The notes under the pieces are model-generated. The model had not been told where the DNA came from and made no database searches. It saw nothing but the letters and a program-made list of their open reading frames with translations. Made by a program: the position numbers and the translations under genes. A stretch of DNA of 64,000 nt from an uncultured SAR86 cluster bacterium. Its GTDB lineage: Bacteria > Pseudomonadota > Gammaproteobacteria > Magnimaribacterales > Magnimaribacteraceae. The stretch is taken from the NCBI GenBank assembly GCA_902514295.1, contig CABXQE010000002.1, positions 9,938 to 73,937 on the forward strand, written 5' to 3'. Shown in pieces: positions 26,046-35,548 of the stretch. Position 1 is the stretch's first letter, and each line of letters starts with the position of its first letter.

Positions 26046-27782
26046 CTAAAATTTTATAGGCTTTTTAAATCCTTTTAACTTCATTCCTTTTCTTGAAATC
26101 TCTATATCTGTCTCTCCGTTAAGCACGTTTTCATTAAATTTATAAGTAACCTGATAGTCTCCTTTTAAACATGACCTATTATATTGAGAAGATTTCTTTT
26201 GAGTCTCTCCTATATTCTTTAAATATTGATTATATTTATTTTTAGTAACTAAGCTTTTCATTTTTATTTGAGTCTCTTCAGGGGAAAGAATAAAAGCCGA
26301 AGCATTGTTTCCTCCAAATCCTTTGGCATTTAAGAAACACCCTTTATAAAAATTTTGTTCTTCCGTTTTATCTTCAAGAAGAATGTCTAAGTTTTCGGAG
26401 TAAACATCATCGGCTAAAGTGTCGGTAGAATGAATCCCAGGTATTATTCCTTTATTCCAAGTTCCAAGTGAAGCTATAAGCTGATCTCCTGAAGCCGGAG
26501 CCATGCTATGACCGAGATAACTTTTTATTGCCGTAATAGGCCAGTTCTTTATGCCAAAAGTAGTTGCTATCTCATTAAGTATGTGTGACTCAGTAGTCCT
26601 ATTTGCAGGAGTTCCAGTTCCATGAGCATGTACAAATGTATTTTGCCTTAAGAGCTTAAGGCCTAAATCTTTCTCGGCGTCTGCCGCGCATTTAGCCATG
26701 GTTATATAATTACCTACACCCGGTCCACTAATTGAGCTTTTATGTCCATCTGAATGAGAGTGAACTGAAGCAACAGAGCCAAAAATGTCAGCTCCGAGTT
26801 CTATCGCAAGTTTAGCTTCCATTAGGATTACAAATTGAGATGATTCACCTAAAACCATACCAGCATTATTACCAAAAGGGCGACAAGCTCGAGTTTGAAT
26901 AGGCCCTGAATCAATTGATTCTCCATTTGAAGCTTGAAGTTCAAGCATTCTCTTATCATCAGATAAGGCAGACATGGCAAAGAAACCATCTATTATTTCA
27001 GGTGTTATAGGGGCTTCTGCTGCTCCTACAATAGATACTTTAGAGCTACCTGATTCTATAGCTTCTTTTCCCATTTGAAGGTTATAAAGGAAAGTTGCGC
27101 AAGCCCCTACGCTATGACCGGTTCTTCCTACATTACCAAGTACATATGCGTTAATGAAATCTGCAGACATTTCAACTAACCCTAAAGCCAAATTTTTTGA
27201 GCTTGCCCTTGAACCCTTGATTCTAGATTGCATAAGACCACCAAAACCAAAACTATCCAATTGACCAATTGCAGCACCACTGAATACTGAAACTTCATCA
27301 GGATTTATTTTTTCCTGAACTTCTTCCCACTTAAATCCAAGCTGACCAATGGCATCACTCATGCCAAAAATAGTCATTTGTAAGGCTTTGGGGTGCTGTC
27401 TTGCGGGGTAATAAGTTGATGGATCAAAACCTTTGGGTAGTTGGCCAGCAGCACTGGCTTTTATTTGATCTAGGATCACACCATCTGGATCATAGACTTC
27501 CTTATCAATTTTTCGAATGAAACAGTCTTTTCTAATTGAGGACAAATTTTCAAGTAAATATTCTTTAAGATTAATGGAGTCTCCGGAAACCGTCTCCCAG
27601 CCACTACCAACAGTTTCTATCTTGCCTTGTAAAATAGCTAAATCTTGAAGAACTTCTAATTGTTCTTTTTCTTGAAGTGAATTAAATACTAGATTTTTAT
27701 ATCCTAAGAAGTTTGAAGACCTTCCCGATGAGTTAATACCTCCGAATCCTGAGATTACTGCTAAAGGTTTATTCTTGCTCAT
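26046..27782 (-). CDS. beta-ketoacyl synthase, KAS I/II catalytic triad, enlarged FabY-like form (578 aa)
   Basis: Cys-His-His triad contexts GACATF, HAHGTGTP, GHSM. The N-terminus AVISGFGGINSSGRSS and the roughly 65-aa extra N-terminal length (active-site Cys near residue 228 by my count) resemble P. aeruginosa FabY from memory. Confidence 0.8.
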   Translation of the reverse strand: MSKNKPLAVISGFGGINSSGRSSNFLGYKNLVFNSLQEKEQLEVLQDLAILQGKIETVGSGWETVSGDSINLKEYLLENLSSIRKDCFIRKIDKEVYDPDGVILDQIKASAAGQLPKGFDPSTYYPARQHPKALQMTIFGMSDAIGQLGFKWEEVQEKINPDEVSVFSGAAIGQLDSFGFGGLMQSRIKGSRASSKNLALGLVEMSADFINAYVLGNVGRTGHSVGACATFLYNLQMGKEAIESGSSKVSIVGAAEAPITPEIIDGFFAMSALSDDKRMLELQASNGESIDSGPIQTRACRPFGNNAGMVLGESSQFVILMEAKLAIELGADIFGSVASVHSHSDGHKSSISGPGVGNYITMAKCAADAEKDLGLKLLRQNTFVHAHGTGTPANRTTESHILNEIATTFGIKNWPITAIKSYLGHSMAPASGDQLIASLGTWNKGIIPGIHSTDTLADDVYSENLDILLEDKTEEQNFYKGCFLNAKGFGGNNASAFILSPEETQIKMKSLVTKNKYNQYLKNIGETQKKSSQYNRSCLKGDYQVTYKFNENVLNGETDIEISRKGMKLKGFKKPIKF

Positions 27783-27863
27783 CGATAAAAATTCTTTTTA
27801 CTTAAGTGCCTATTGTATGGCAATATTTATTAAAGAATATCAATTTATAACAAGGGAGAAGTT

Positions 27864-29399
27864 ATGCACCCGGGCATCAACGGAAAAAAATTTCCAAATA
27901 AACCTGCTTTAATAATGAACGGAAGCGGCAAGGTAGTTACTCATGGAGAGTTAAATGATTTATCTAATCAAGGAGCTCAGCTTTTTAGGTCTTTAGGTTT
28001 AGTTCCAGGTGATTCCATAGCGATCATGCTAGAGAACCATTTTTTGTTCTTTCCGATAATATTTGCAGCTTGGCGAAGCGGACTTAGGTACACAGCAATA
28101 AGTTGGAGGCTCCAGCCGGATGAAGTTGAATACATTGTTAGAGATTGTGAAGCTAAAGTTTTTATAACCTCTAAATTTTTAGAAGAAACTGCTTTGAATT
28201 TAGATTCCTCTCTCAAAGATGTTCATAAGTTTATGCTTGATGGCTCGACTAATAATTTTCTTTCTTATGAAGAATCTATCGCCTTACAGCCTGAAGATCC
28301 CATTTCTGATGAGTGTGTTGGAGGTCCAATGCTCTATTCTTCAGGAACTACAGGCAGACCAAAGGGAGTTAGTAGAGAATTAAGTTTAGACCCTTTGCCC
28401 TATTCTAAAGAAAATGGAGATCCAAGCTTATCTAGGGTTCTATTACTTTATGGAGCTAACGAAGACAGTATCTACCTTTCTCCAGCGCCTATGTATCATT
28501 CCGCACCATTGAACTTCTGCACTGCATTTCTAGCTGAAGGCTCTACTTGCGTAATTTTAGAGAAATTTGATGCTGAAGGTGCTTTGCAAGCAATAGAAAA
28601 ACATAAGGTAACGCATTCGCAATGGGTACCAACTATGTTCGTAAGATTTTTAAAATTTGACCCTTCAGTCAGAACTCAATTTGATTTATCTAGTCATCAA
28701 GTTGCAATACACGCTGCCGCACCTTGCCCTATAGAAGTTAAAGAGCAAATGATAGATTGGTGGGGCCCTATACTTTATGAATATTACGCAGGAACAGAGT
28801 TTAATGGCATGACTTTTATAAATTCTGAGGAATGGTTAAGTCATAAAGGTTCTGTTGGGAAATCTCTTTTTGGAGCACTAGACATTCTTGATGAAAATGG
28901 AGAGCAACTGCCTCCAGGAGAAACCGGCGGTGTTTACTTTGGAGGGGAAACGGCTACAACCTTTAAATATCATAATGATGAAGAAAAAACTAAAGAAGCA
29001 ATGACTAAACAAGGTTATAGCACTTTAGGGGATGTGGGTTATCTAGATGAAGAAGGATATTTATATCTAACTGATCGTAAGTCTTTCATGATTATTTCTG
29101 GAGGAGTAAACATTTATCCCAAAGAAACAGAAGATGCTCTAGTAATGCATCCTAAAGTAGCTGACGTAGCCGTTTTTGGGGTTCCAAACGATGAAATGGG
29201 TGAAGAAGTTAAGGCGGTAATTCAACCTGAGAATATGGCTGATGCAGGTCCAGATTTAGAAGCTGAACTGATGGCTTACTGCAAAGAAAAAATCTCCTCC
29301 GTTAAATGCCCTAAATCCATTGATTTTGAAAAGGAGTTACCTCGGCACCCAACTGGTAAACTTTACAAGCGTCTTTTAAAAGACAAGTATTGGCCTTAA
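27864..29399 (+). CDS. acyl-CoA synthetase (AMP-forming adenylate-forming enzyme)
   Basis: AMP-binding signature YSSGTTGRPKG, YGxTE-like YYAGTEF, GDVGYLDEEGYLYLTDR. Confidence 0.9.
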   Translation: MHPGINGKKFPNKPALIMNGSGKVVTHGELNDLSNQGAQLFRSLGLVPGDSIAIMLENHFLFFPIIFAAWRSGLRYTAISWRLQPDEVEYIVRDCEAKVFITSKFLEETALNLDSSLKDVHKFMLDGSTNNFLSYEESIALQPEDPISDECVGGPMLYSSGTTGRPKGVSRELSLDPLPYSKENGDPSLSRVLLLYGANEDSIYLSPAPMYHSAPLNFCTAFLAEGSTCVILEKFDAEGALQAIEKHKVTHSQWVPTMFVRFLKFDPSVRTQFDLSSHQVAIHAAAPCPIEVKEQMIDWWGPILYEYYAGTEFNGMTFINSEEWLSHKGSVGKSLFGALDILDENGEQLPPGETGGVYFGGETATTFKYHNDEEKTKEAMTKQGYSTLGDVGYLDEEGYLYLTDRKSFMIISGGVNIYPKETEDALVMHPKVADVAVFGVPNDEMGEEVKAVIQPENMADAGPDLEAELMAYCKEKISSVKCPKSIDFEKELPRHPTGKLYKRLLKDKYWP

Positions 29400-30062
29400 A
29401 TGAGCACTAAAAGATCACTGGTCGCTGGCTCCACTGGCCTAGTTGGAGAGGCGTTAGTTAAGCAGTTAGCTTCAAATAAGAATTATGTAAAAACCCTCTC
29501 TAGAAATGAGCTAAGTCCTTCTAATCCTTTAGTTGATAACATTAAAGTAGATTTTGAGAATTTAAATTTGTACCAAGAGCACTTTAAAGAAGTAGATGAA
29601 GTTTACATATGCCTTGGGACAACTATCTCAAAAGCTGGCTCCAAAGAGGCCTTTGGAAAAGTTGATATAGACTATTGTTTAGAAACAGCTAAACAGGCGC
29701 GTAATGCAGGAGTAAGAAACCTTTCCTTGATTACTTCAGTGGGGGCTGATTTAGATTCTTCTAATTTCTACCTAAGGACCAAAGGAATTATTGAAGATAA
29801 AATCTCACAATTAGATTTTCAATCACTCTCCATTCACAGACCAGGTCTTTTAATAGGACCTAGAAAAGAAATGAGACTCGCTGAATTCATTGGACAAAAG
29901 ATCCACCCCGTTTTAGTTAACCCATTACTATTTGGGAATCTATCTAAATACAAGTGCATAAAAGTTGAGATTTTGTCTAGGGCTATGATGAATTGCTCTG
30001 GTTTAGAAAAAGGAACTAAATATTATTACTACAACGATTTTATTGAAAAGGGAAGAAGTTAA
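29400..30062 (+). CDS. NAD(P)H-binding atypical SDR / NmrA-HTATIP2-like protein
   Basis: N-terminal VAGSTGLVG Rossmann motif; 220 aa. The ATG directly abuts the acyl-CoA synthetase stop. Confidence 0.7.
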   Translation: MSTKRSLVAGSTGLVGEALVKQLASNKNYVKTLSRNELSPSNPLVDNIKVDFENLNLYQEHFKEVDEVYICLGTTISKAGSKEAFGKVDIDYCLETAKQARNAGVRNLSLITSVGADLDSSNFYLRTKGIIEDKISQLDFQSLSIHRPGLLIGPRKEMRLAEFIGQKIHPVLVNPLLFGNLSKYKCIKVEILSRAMMNCSGLEKGTKYYYYNDFIEKGRS

Positions 30063-30063
30063 A

Positions 30064-31524
30064 TTAACCTGCTTTTTTAAACTTCAAATCTGAATCTTCT
30101 ATACTTTTAAATCTGACTTGAAAAAGATCTTTTAGATAATTTTGAGTGTTTATCCAAGGGTCTTTTGAACCTTGCTTGGGTAGCGTGTGAGCAACTCTTT
30201 GTATGTAACCAGAAGTTAAATCTAGAAAATCGCTATCGGCAGCTACGTCTTCACCAGCTTCGGGACAAAAATAATCCATGCCTTTTTTGTCTAGAAGATT
30301 TATCAACCTACAAGCGTACTCACTGGTTAGATCAGCTCCCAATGTCCATGAAGCTGTTGTGTATCCAAATGTCGCCACAAGATTAGGCACATCACTAAAC
30401 ATCATGGTTTTGTATTGTATTTTTTTTGAAATATCTAAAGTTTCATTATCAATCTTAATATCTATTCCGTTTAAGAGCCTCATATTCAGACCTGTCGCTG
30501 TAATAATAATGTCAGCTTCGAGTACTTTACCCGAATCCAGTTTAATTCCTTTTGTTGAGAACTCATCTATGGTGTCTGTAACCACTGAAACCTTTCCGGA
30601 ATTTATAGCTTCAAACATGTCACCATTCGGTACTAAACACATGCGTTGATCCCAAGGCATATATTTAGGCGTGAAGTGTTTATCGATATCGTAATCAGGG
30701 CCTAAAAGATCTTTAACTCCATTAATTAGCATCTCTTTATATTTAAGTGGTTTTTTCTTAACCTGAGATACAAAAAAACGACCCAAAAGAATATTTTTCC
30801 ATCTAACCAGGAAATAGCCGATCTTGTCTGTAGTAAATCTTTTAAGAAATTCATCTAATCCACTTCGGTCTGGTGCAGCCATGTAGTAAGTAGGTGATCT
30901 TTGTAGCATGGTGATGTGTGATACTTTCCCTGCCATCGAGGGAATAATAGTTACAGCTGTTGCGCCACTTCCAACCACAACCACTTTCTTGTCAGAATAA
31001 TCCAGATCTTCAGGCCATTTCTGAGGGTGAATAATTTGACCTTCAAAGTTATCTCTACCTTTAAATTCAGGAGTATATCCTTCATCATAATTGTAATACC
31101 CCCCACATAAATAAAGAATATTACAACTCATAACTTCCACAGAATTGTTAGATTGATCTTCTACTTCTAGACTCCAAAGAGCTTCGCTAGTATTCCAAGA
31201 GGCACTAATTACTTTCTTTTGAAATTGAATTTTTTCTTCAAGGTTATTTTCTTCTACCGCTTCTTTTAGGTATTGAATAATTGATGGGCCATCAGCAATT
31301 GTTTTAGGGTCTGTCCAGGGCTTAAATCTAAAACCCATGGTGTGCATATCAGAATCCGATCTTATGCCTGGGTACTTGAATAGATCCCAAGTTCCTCCAA
31401 TATTCTCTCTTCCTTCAAGAATGGTGAATGTTTTTTGAGGACAGGTTTTTTGAAGATTATAGGCAGCACCAATTCCTGAAATACCTGCTCCAACAACGAC
31501 AACGTCTTTATGATTTATTTCCAT
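30064..31524 (-). CDS. type I Baeyer-Villiger (flavin-containing) monooxygenase
   Basis: FAD motif GAGISG, BVMO fingerprint FEGQIIHPQKWP (FxGxxxHxxxWP), NADPH motif GSGATA. Confidence 0.88.
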   Translation of the reverse strand: MEINHKDVVVVGAGISGIGAAYNLQKTCPQKTFTILEGRENIGGTWDLFKYPGIRSDSDMHTMGFRFKPWTDPKTIADGPSIIQYLKEAVEENNLEEKIQFQKKVISASWNTSEALWSLEVEDQSNNSVEVMSCNILYLCGGYYNYDEGYTPEFKGRDNFEGQIIHPQKWPEDLDYSDKKVVVVGSGATAVTIIPSMAGKVSHITMLQRSPTYYMAAPDRSGLDEFLKRFTTDKIGYFLVRWKNILLGRFFVSQVKKKPLKYKEMLINGVKDLLGPDYDIDKHFTPKYMPWDQRMCLVPNGDMFEAINSGKVSVVTDTIDEFSTKGIKLDSGKVLEADIIITATGLNMRLLNGIDIKIDNETLDISKKIQYKTMMFSDVPNLVATFGYTTASWTLGADLTSEYACRLINLLDKKGMDYFCPEAGEDVAADSDFLDLTSGYIQRVAHTLPKQGSKDPWINTQNYLKDLFQVRFKSIEDSDLKFKKAG

Positions 31525-31554
31525 ATTTTTAATTTTAATTTAATGATTCTAACA

Positions 31555-32388
31555 TTAAGAATTTTCACAAGCTTCTACCGTTTGCAGAATTAAAGTATTT
31601 ATTGTCATGGGACCAACCCCTCCAGGTACTGGAGTGTAAGCCAAACTTCTCTCAATTACTTGATCCAAGTCAATATCACCACATTTCTCAGGGTGATAAC
31701 CAGCATCGATCACAACGGCGTCATCTTTTATCCAATCACCTTGAATAAATTTTGGTATGCCTACGGCTCCAACTACTATGTCTGCTAAAGATATTTGATC
31801 TTTAAGATCTTCAGTTCTTGAGTGGCATATAGTAACAGTCGCGTTTTCATTCAATAACATCATTGCCATAGGCTTTCCTAGAATAGGGCTCCTGCCTATA
31901 ACAACTGCACGTTTTCCTTCTATCTCAATTTCGTAGTGATGAAGCAACCTCATAATGCCTTGTGGAGTGCAAGATCCAAAAGCCTTTTCTCCCATAGACA
32001 TTCTTCCAAAACCTAGAGAGGTAACGCCATCTACATCTTTTTTAGCATCTATGGCATCAAAGCACATCCTTTCATCTATTTGTTCTGGAACAGGGTGTTG
32101 AAGAAGAATGCCGTGAACCTCTTTATTTAAGTTTAGCTTGTTAATTTCATCTAATAGCCCTTCAGTTGAAGTAGAAGAGGGCAGCTCAACTTTTATAGAT
32201 TTCATACCGATTCTTTCACAAGCATTGCCTTTCATTTTTACATAAGTCGCTGAGGCAGGATCATCTCCCACTAATATGGTTGCAAGTATAGGTACAAATC
32301 CTTTTTTTTCCTGCAAAGCTTTAACCCTCTCTCTCAACATTTCTTCTGTCTCAAGAGCTACTTTTTTCCCATCTAATTGAATACTCAT
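31555..32388 (-). CDS. folD: bifunctional methylenetetrahydrofolate dehydrogenase / methenyl-THF cyclohydrolase
   Basis: [11 protein letters not shown]... N-terminus, [34 protein letters not shown] trimmed the track's N-terminal extension to the ATG at 32388. Confidence 0.93.
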   Translation of the reverse strand: MSIQLDGKKVALETEEMLRERVKALQEKKGFVPILATILVGDDPASATYVKMKGNACERIGMKSIKVELPSSTSTEGLLDEINKLNLNKEVHGILLQHPVPEQIDERMCFDAIDAKKDVDGVTSLGFGRMSMGEKAFGSCTPQGIMRLLHHYEIEIEGKRAVVIGRSPILGKPMAMMLLNENATVTICHSRTEDLKDQISLADIVVGAVGIPKFIQGDWIKDDAVVIDAGYHPEKCGDIDLDQVIERSLAYTPVPGGVGPMTINTLILQTVEACENS

Positions 32389-32552
32389 GAAGTATATTTT
32401 CTCACGCACTTGATTAATAAGAAAACCCTTTTGACAAAAAAAATAAACTCGAAGAAGTTGCATTAAAAAAATAGTGCTAAGTTTTAGAATATAACTTATT
32501 ATTAAATCAAGATAGTCTTAATTATATTGAGCTATCAGTATTTTATTAATAA

Positions 32553-35384
32553 ATGGGGAAAATTATGAAAATTAAGTTAATTGCCTACTTGGCAACCTTT
32601 TCTTTTCTTTTTTTTAACGCTTCGTTTGTTTTTTCAGCTGATGATGATGAAGATGCTGACGAAGTGGTGGTGACTGGATCTTATATCTCAAGATCCAACC
32701 AAAATAAATCTGTTCCTGTTGATGTAATTAGTTCTGATGAGTTGAATGAGCAAGGTAATCCTAGCATCACTGATCTAATTTTAAATCTGCCTTCTATGTC
32801 TGGTTCACATAACCAGCAAGATCAGTTTCAAGGCAGTGGAGTCGCAACTGGAATGAAGAACATAAATATAAGAGGTATGGGTTCTGATAGAGGGCTAGTA
32901 CTTCTTAATGGAAAAAGAATTGCAGCTGCTGGAGTTAGATCTTCAAAGTCTGCCGTTTATCCAGTTGATGTAGGAAATTTTCCTATGATAGCTATGGAAA
33001 GGTTAGAACTTCTTAAAAACGGTGGTGCTGTTACTTATGGTTCAGATGCCGTAACTGGAGTGCTTAATTTCATTACTAGAAAAGGTTTTGACGGGTTTGA
33101 AATTTCTGTTAACCACTCTGACTACGATGGAAGTGATGACGGAGATCAAAATCTAGGTTTTATTTGGGGAACTGCCAGCGGAGGTAATTCCTTAATGATG
33201 GCTTTTGAATATGACAAGCGAGGCAGATTACCAGTATGGAAAAGAAGCTTTGCTGACTATAGTTCACCAAGTGGTTGGCCGTTAGGTATATCGTCTTTTG
33301 GAAACCCAGGTGCTTACGGCACAGCCAAAGGTTGGCCAGGTACCTTGTACGGTGGTTTAACACCAGATCCATTGTGTGGATATTCTTCTGAATTCACCAG
33401 TTCTTTTGCATTAAGTCTTGGTCGATGTGGTTATAACTACACACCATTTTTTAATTTAATAGATGAACAAGAAAGACTAAAATTCTTTACTCAATTTGAA
33501 TTCCAAGTTGATGACAGTACAACAGTTTATGGAGATTTCCTTTTTTCAAAATTAGAAGGTTGGTACAACACATCTCCTAGTTTCCCTCACACAAATCCTG
33601 GCTCTTCAAATTATTGTACAAATACAGATGACGTACTAAGTTGTACTTCAGCAATTCCTTACTTTAATTTTGTGCCCCTTCATAACCCAGGTGCAATAGA
33701 CTTTTTGGCTGGTTTATCTCAAGAAAAAAGAGATGAATTTACTGCAGCTGGAGGTATTCAATGGTGGGGAAGAACTTTGGCGGTTGCCGGTCCTTCTCAA
33801 AGTGGTAAACGTTTCCATGAAACGGCGCGTTTCTTGGTAGGAGTAGTTAAAAGGTTAGGCGATGTTGAAATGGACGCTTCAATGTCATACACAAACCACA
33901 CCGTAGATGGATTTACTTATGATCCTTTAGCGGCGAGAGTACAGGACTCATTATCAGGTTTAGCTGGTCACGGTTGTCCTAGAGTAGGTGATGACCCTTG
34001 GTCTTCGGCTAATGATGCTCTTAGAGGCGATAATGCCTTAGGTTGTTATTACTATAATCCGTTTGGTTCTGCTATTAATGCAACACCGGGAAGTGCACTT
34101 TATAACGACCCTTCAGTTAAGAAATATTATGACGGTTTATCTTCTGGAGTAACTCAAGTTGAACAACTTGTTTCAGAAGTTATCTTTACCGGAGAATCAG
34201 ATATGGAATTAGCCGGTGGTAATGTTTCATGGGCTGCAGGAGCACAATACAGATGGTGGGATAGTAAGTATGACCCTACTGGAGATAATAGAGTAGATGG
34301 TCCTCAGAGATCACCTTTTGTATTCCTGGGCGTATCAACTAATAGTTACATTGAAACAAGAGTGCATTCACTCTTTGGTGAATTGAACCTACCTGTTTCT
34401 GATTCTACGCAAGTTGAGTTAGGAATAAGGCATGAAGACTATGGTGCTGACACAGTTACTAAACCTAAGTTAGCTATAATTTCAGAACTTAGTGACAAAG
34501 CGACATTTAGAGCTTCGTATGAGCAAACTTTTAGAGTACCTACAATGCCTACTCAAGAAACAACTTCTCTTGAGCTCTACGCTCCAGCTGGTGAATATAT
34601 TCAAATTAAGACACCAATTCCAACTGCCCTAGGACCTGAAGAATCTACTAATATAGGTTTAGGGTTCATATTTAGACCTGTAGATGGAATGACAGTTAAT
34701 TTAGATTATTATTCCTTAGCTTTAGAAGGGCCATTTAACAGAGAAGCTGCAACTTGTGCTTGCTCAGTTAAAATGACAGCAGACGGTACTGTTTATGACG
34801 CTGCAACAGACACGCCTCAAGCCATAACAAGCATAATTGCTGAGTTAATTAACGGGGATGATGTAGACACTGCAGGAATAGATCTAGAAGTTAATTATTC
34901 ACATGTTAGTGATGTAGGCGTATGGTCTGTTGGAGGAAATATGAATCATATTTTAGAATATGAAGTTTCAGGAACAGCAGATGGAAGCACTTACGACGCA
35001 GCTGGACTGTATAATTTAAGATCTACAGTTCTTCCTATTGAAGTGAGATCAATGCCTGATCTTAAGATGAATGCTTACGTAGGACTTCTAACTAATGCTG
35101 GATACAATGCGAGGTTGTATCTTAGATTTATTGACGAAGTTAAGATTCCTTCCACGTTCGATTCTATTTCATCTTTTCCTGGTATGGATTCGATAGATGA
35201 TCACATGACTTATGACTTTCACGTTAGCAAGTCTGTAATGGATGACAGTATGGATATAACTTTGTCAGTTATTAATTTAACAGATGAGGATCCTCCGATG
35301 GCTCCTCATGAGTTAGCTTATGATGCTTATACCCATAACCCTCTAGGAAGAATATTAAAGGTAGGATTTAGATATAACCTTTAG
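32553..35384 (+). CDS. TonB-dependent outer-membrane receptor (943 aa)
   Basis: Signal peptide, SADDDEDADEVVVTGS TonB-box region, plug motifs (IRGMGSDRGLVLLNGKR; GAVTYGSDAVTGVLNF). Alternative start at 32565. Confidence 0.9.
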   Translation: MGKIMKIKLIAYLATFSFLFFNASFVFSADDDEDADEVVVTGSYISRSNQNKSVPVDVISSDELNEQGNPSITDLILNLPSMSGSHNQQDQFQGSGVATGMKNINIRGMGSDRGLVLLNGKRIAAAGVRSSKSAVYPVDVGNFPMIAMERLELLKNGGAVTYGSDAVTGVLNFITRKGFDGFEISVNHSDYDGSDDGDQNLGFIWGTASGGNSLMMAFEYDKRGRLPVWKRSFADYSSPSGWPLGISSFGNPGAYGTAKGWPGTLYGGLTPDPLCGYSSEFTSSFALSLGRCGYNYTPFFNLIDEQERLKFFTQFEFQVDDSTTVYGDFLFSKLEGWYNTSPSFPHTNPGSSNYCTNTDDVLSCTSAIPYFNFVPLHNPGAIDFLAGLSQEKRDEFTAAGGIQWWGRTLAVAGPSQSGKRFHETARFLVGVVKRLGDVEMDASMSYTNHTVDGFTYDPLAARVQDSLSGLAGHGCPRVGDDPWSSANDALRGDNALGCYYYNPFGSAINATPGSALYNDPSVKKYYDGLSSGVTQVEQLVSEVIFTGESDMELAGGNVSWAAGAQYRWWDSKYDPTGDNRVDGPQRSPFVFLGVSTNSYIETRVHSLFGELNLPVSDSTQVELGIRHEDYGADTVTKPKLAIISELSDKATFRASYEQTFRVPTMPTQETTSLELYAPAGEYIQIKTPIPTALGPEESTNIGLGFIFRPVDGMTVNLDYYSLALEGPFNREAATCACSVKMTADGTVYDAATDTPQAITSIIAELINGDDVDTAGIDLEVNYSHVSDVGVWSVGGNMNHILEYEVSGTADGSTYDAAGLYNLRSTVLPIEVRSMPDLKMNAYVGLLTNAGYNARLYLRFIDEVKIPSTFDSISSFPGMDSIDDHMTYDFHVSKSVMDDSMDITLSVINLTDEDPPMAPHELAYDAYTHNPLGRILKVGFRYNL

Positions 35385-35396
35385 CACCTAAGAGAA

Positions 35397-35428
35397 TAAA
35401 AAAACCCTGCACGAGCAGGGTTTTTTTA
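35397..35428 (+). terminator. rho-independent terminator after the TonB receptor
   Basis: AAAAAA-CCCTGC-ACGA-GCAGGG-TTTTTTT. Confidence 0.85.
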
Positions 35429-35449
35429 CATCTAAATATTATATATATG

Positions 35450-35455
35450 TATAAT
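35450..35455 (+). promoter_or_regulatory. -10 hexamer TATAAT upstream of tRNA-Pro
   Basis: A perfect TATAAT ends 10 nt before the tRNA 5' end. A possible -35 (TTTACA) lies 19 nt upstream. Confidence 0.4.
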
Positions 35456-35465
35456 TCGATGATTT

Positions 35466-35542
35466 CGGGGCATAGCGCAGCCTGGTAGCGCACCTGCTTT
35501 GGGAGCAGGTGGTCGCAGGTTCAAATCCTGCTGCCCCGACCA
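35466..35542 (+). tRNA. tRNA-Pro (anticodon TGG)
   Basis: Acceptor CGGGGCA/TGCCCCG, anticodon stem CCTGC/GCAGG with loop TTTGGGA, encoded CCA. Close to the E. coli tRNA-Pro pattern. Confidence 0.95.
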
Positions 35543-35548
35543 GTTAAA

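Noticed and set aside
31555-32463. N-terminal extensions proposed by the ORF track for folD, rnhA, gpsA, the beta-lactamase-fold hydrolase, the lipoprotein at 36995, the receptor at 49218 and the ACAD at 26045.
   Set aside because: In each case an internal ATG preceded by a purine-rich SD gives the canonical family N-terminus or a proper signal peptide. The extended versions add non-homologous residues, so I trimmed the coordinates.
32464-32552. Riboswitches (cobalamin, TPP and others) in the leaders of the three TonB-dependent receptor genes.
   Set aside because: The upstream regions (about 90-160 nt: 14639-14799, 32464-32552, 49095-49259) are short and very AT-rich, with no extended GC-paired helices or conserved boxes that I can recognise. 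They are too small for a cobalamin aptamer plus expression platform.
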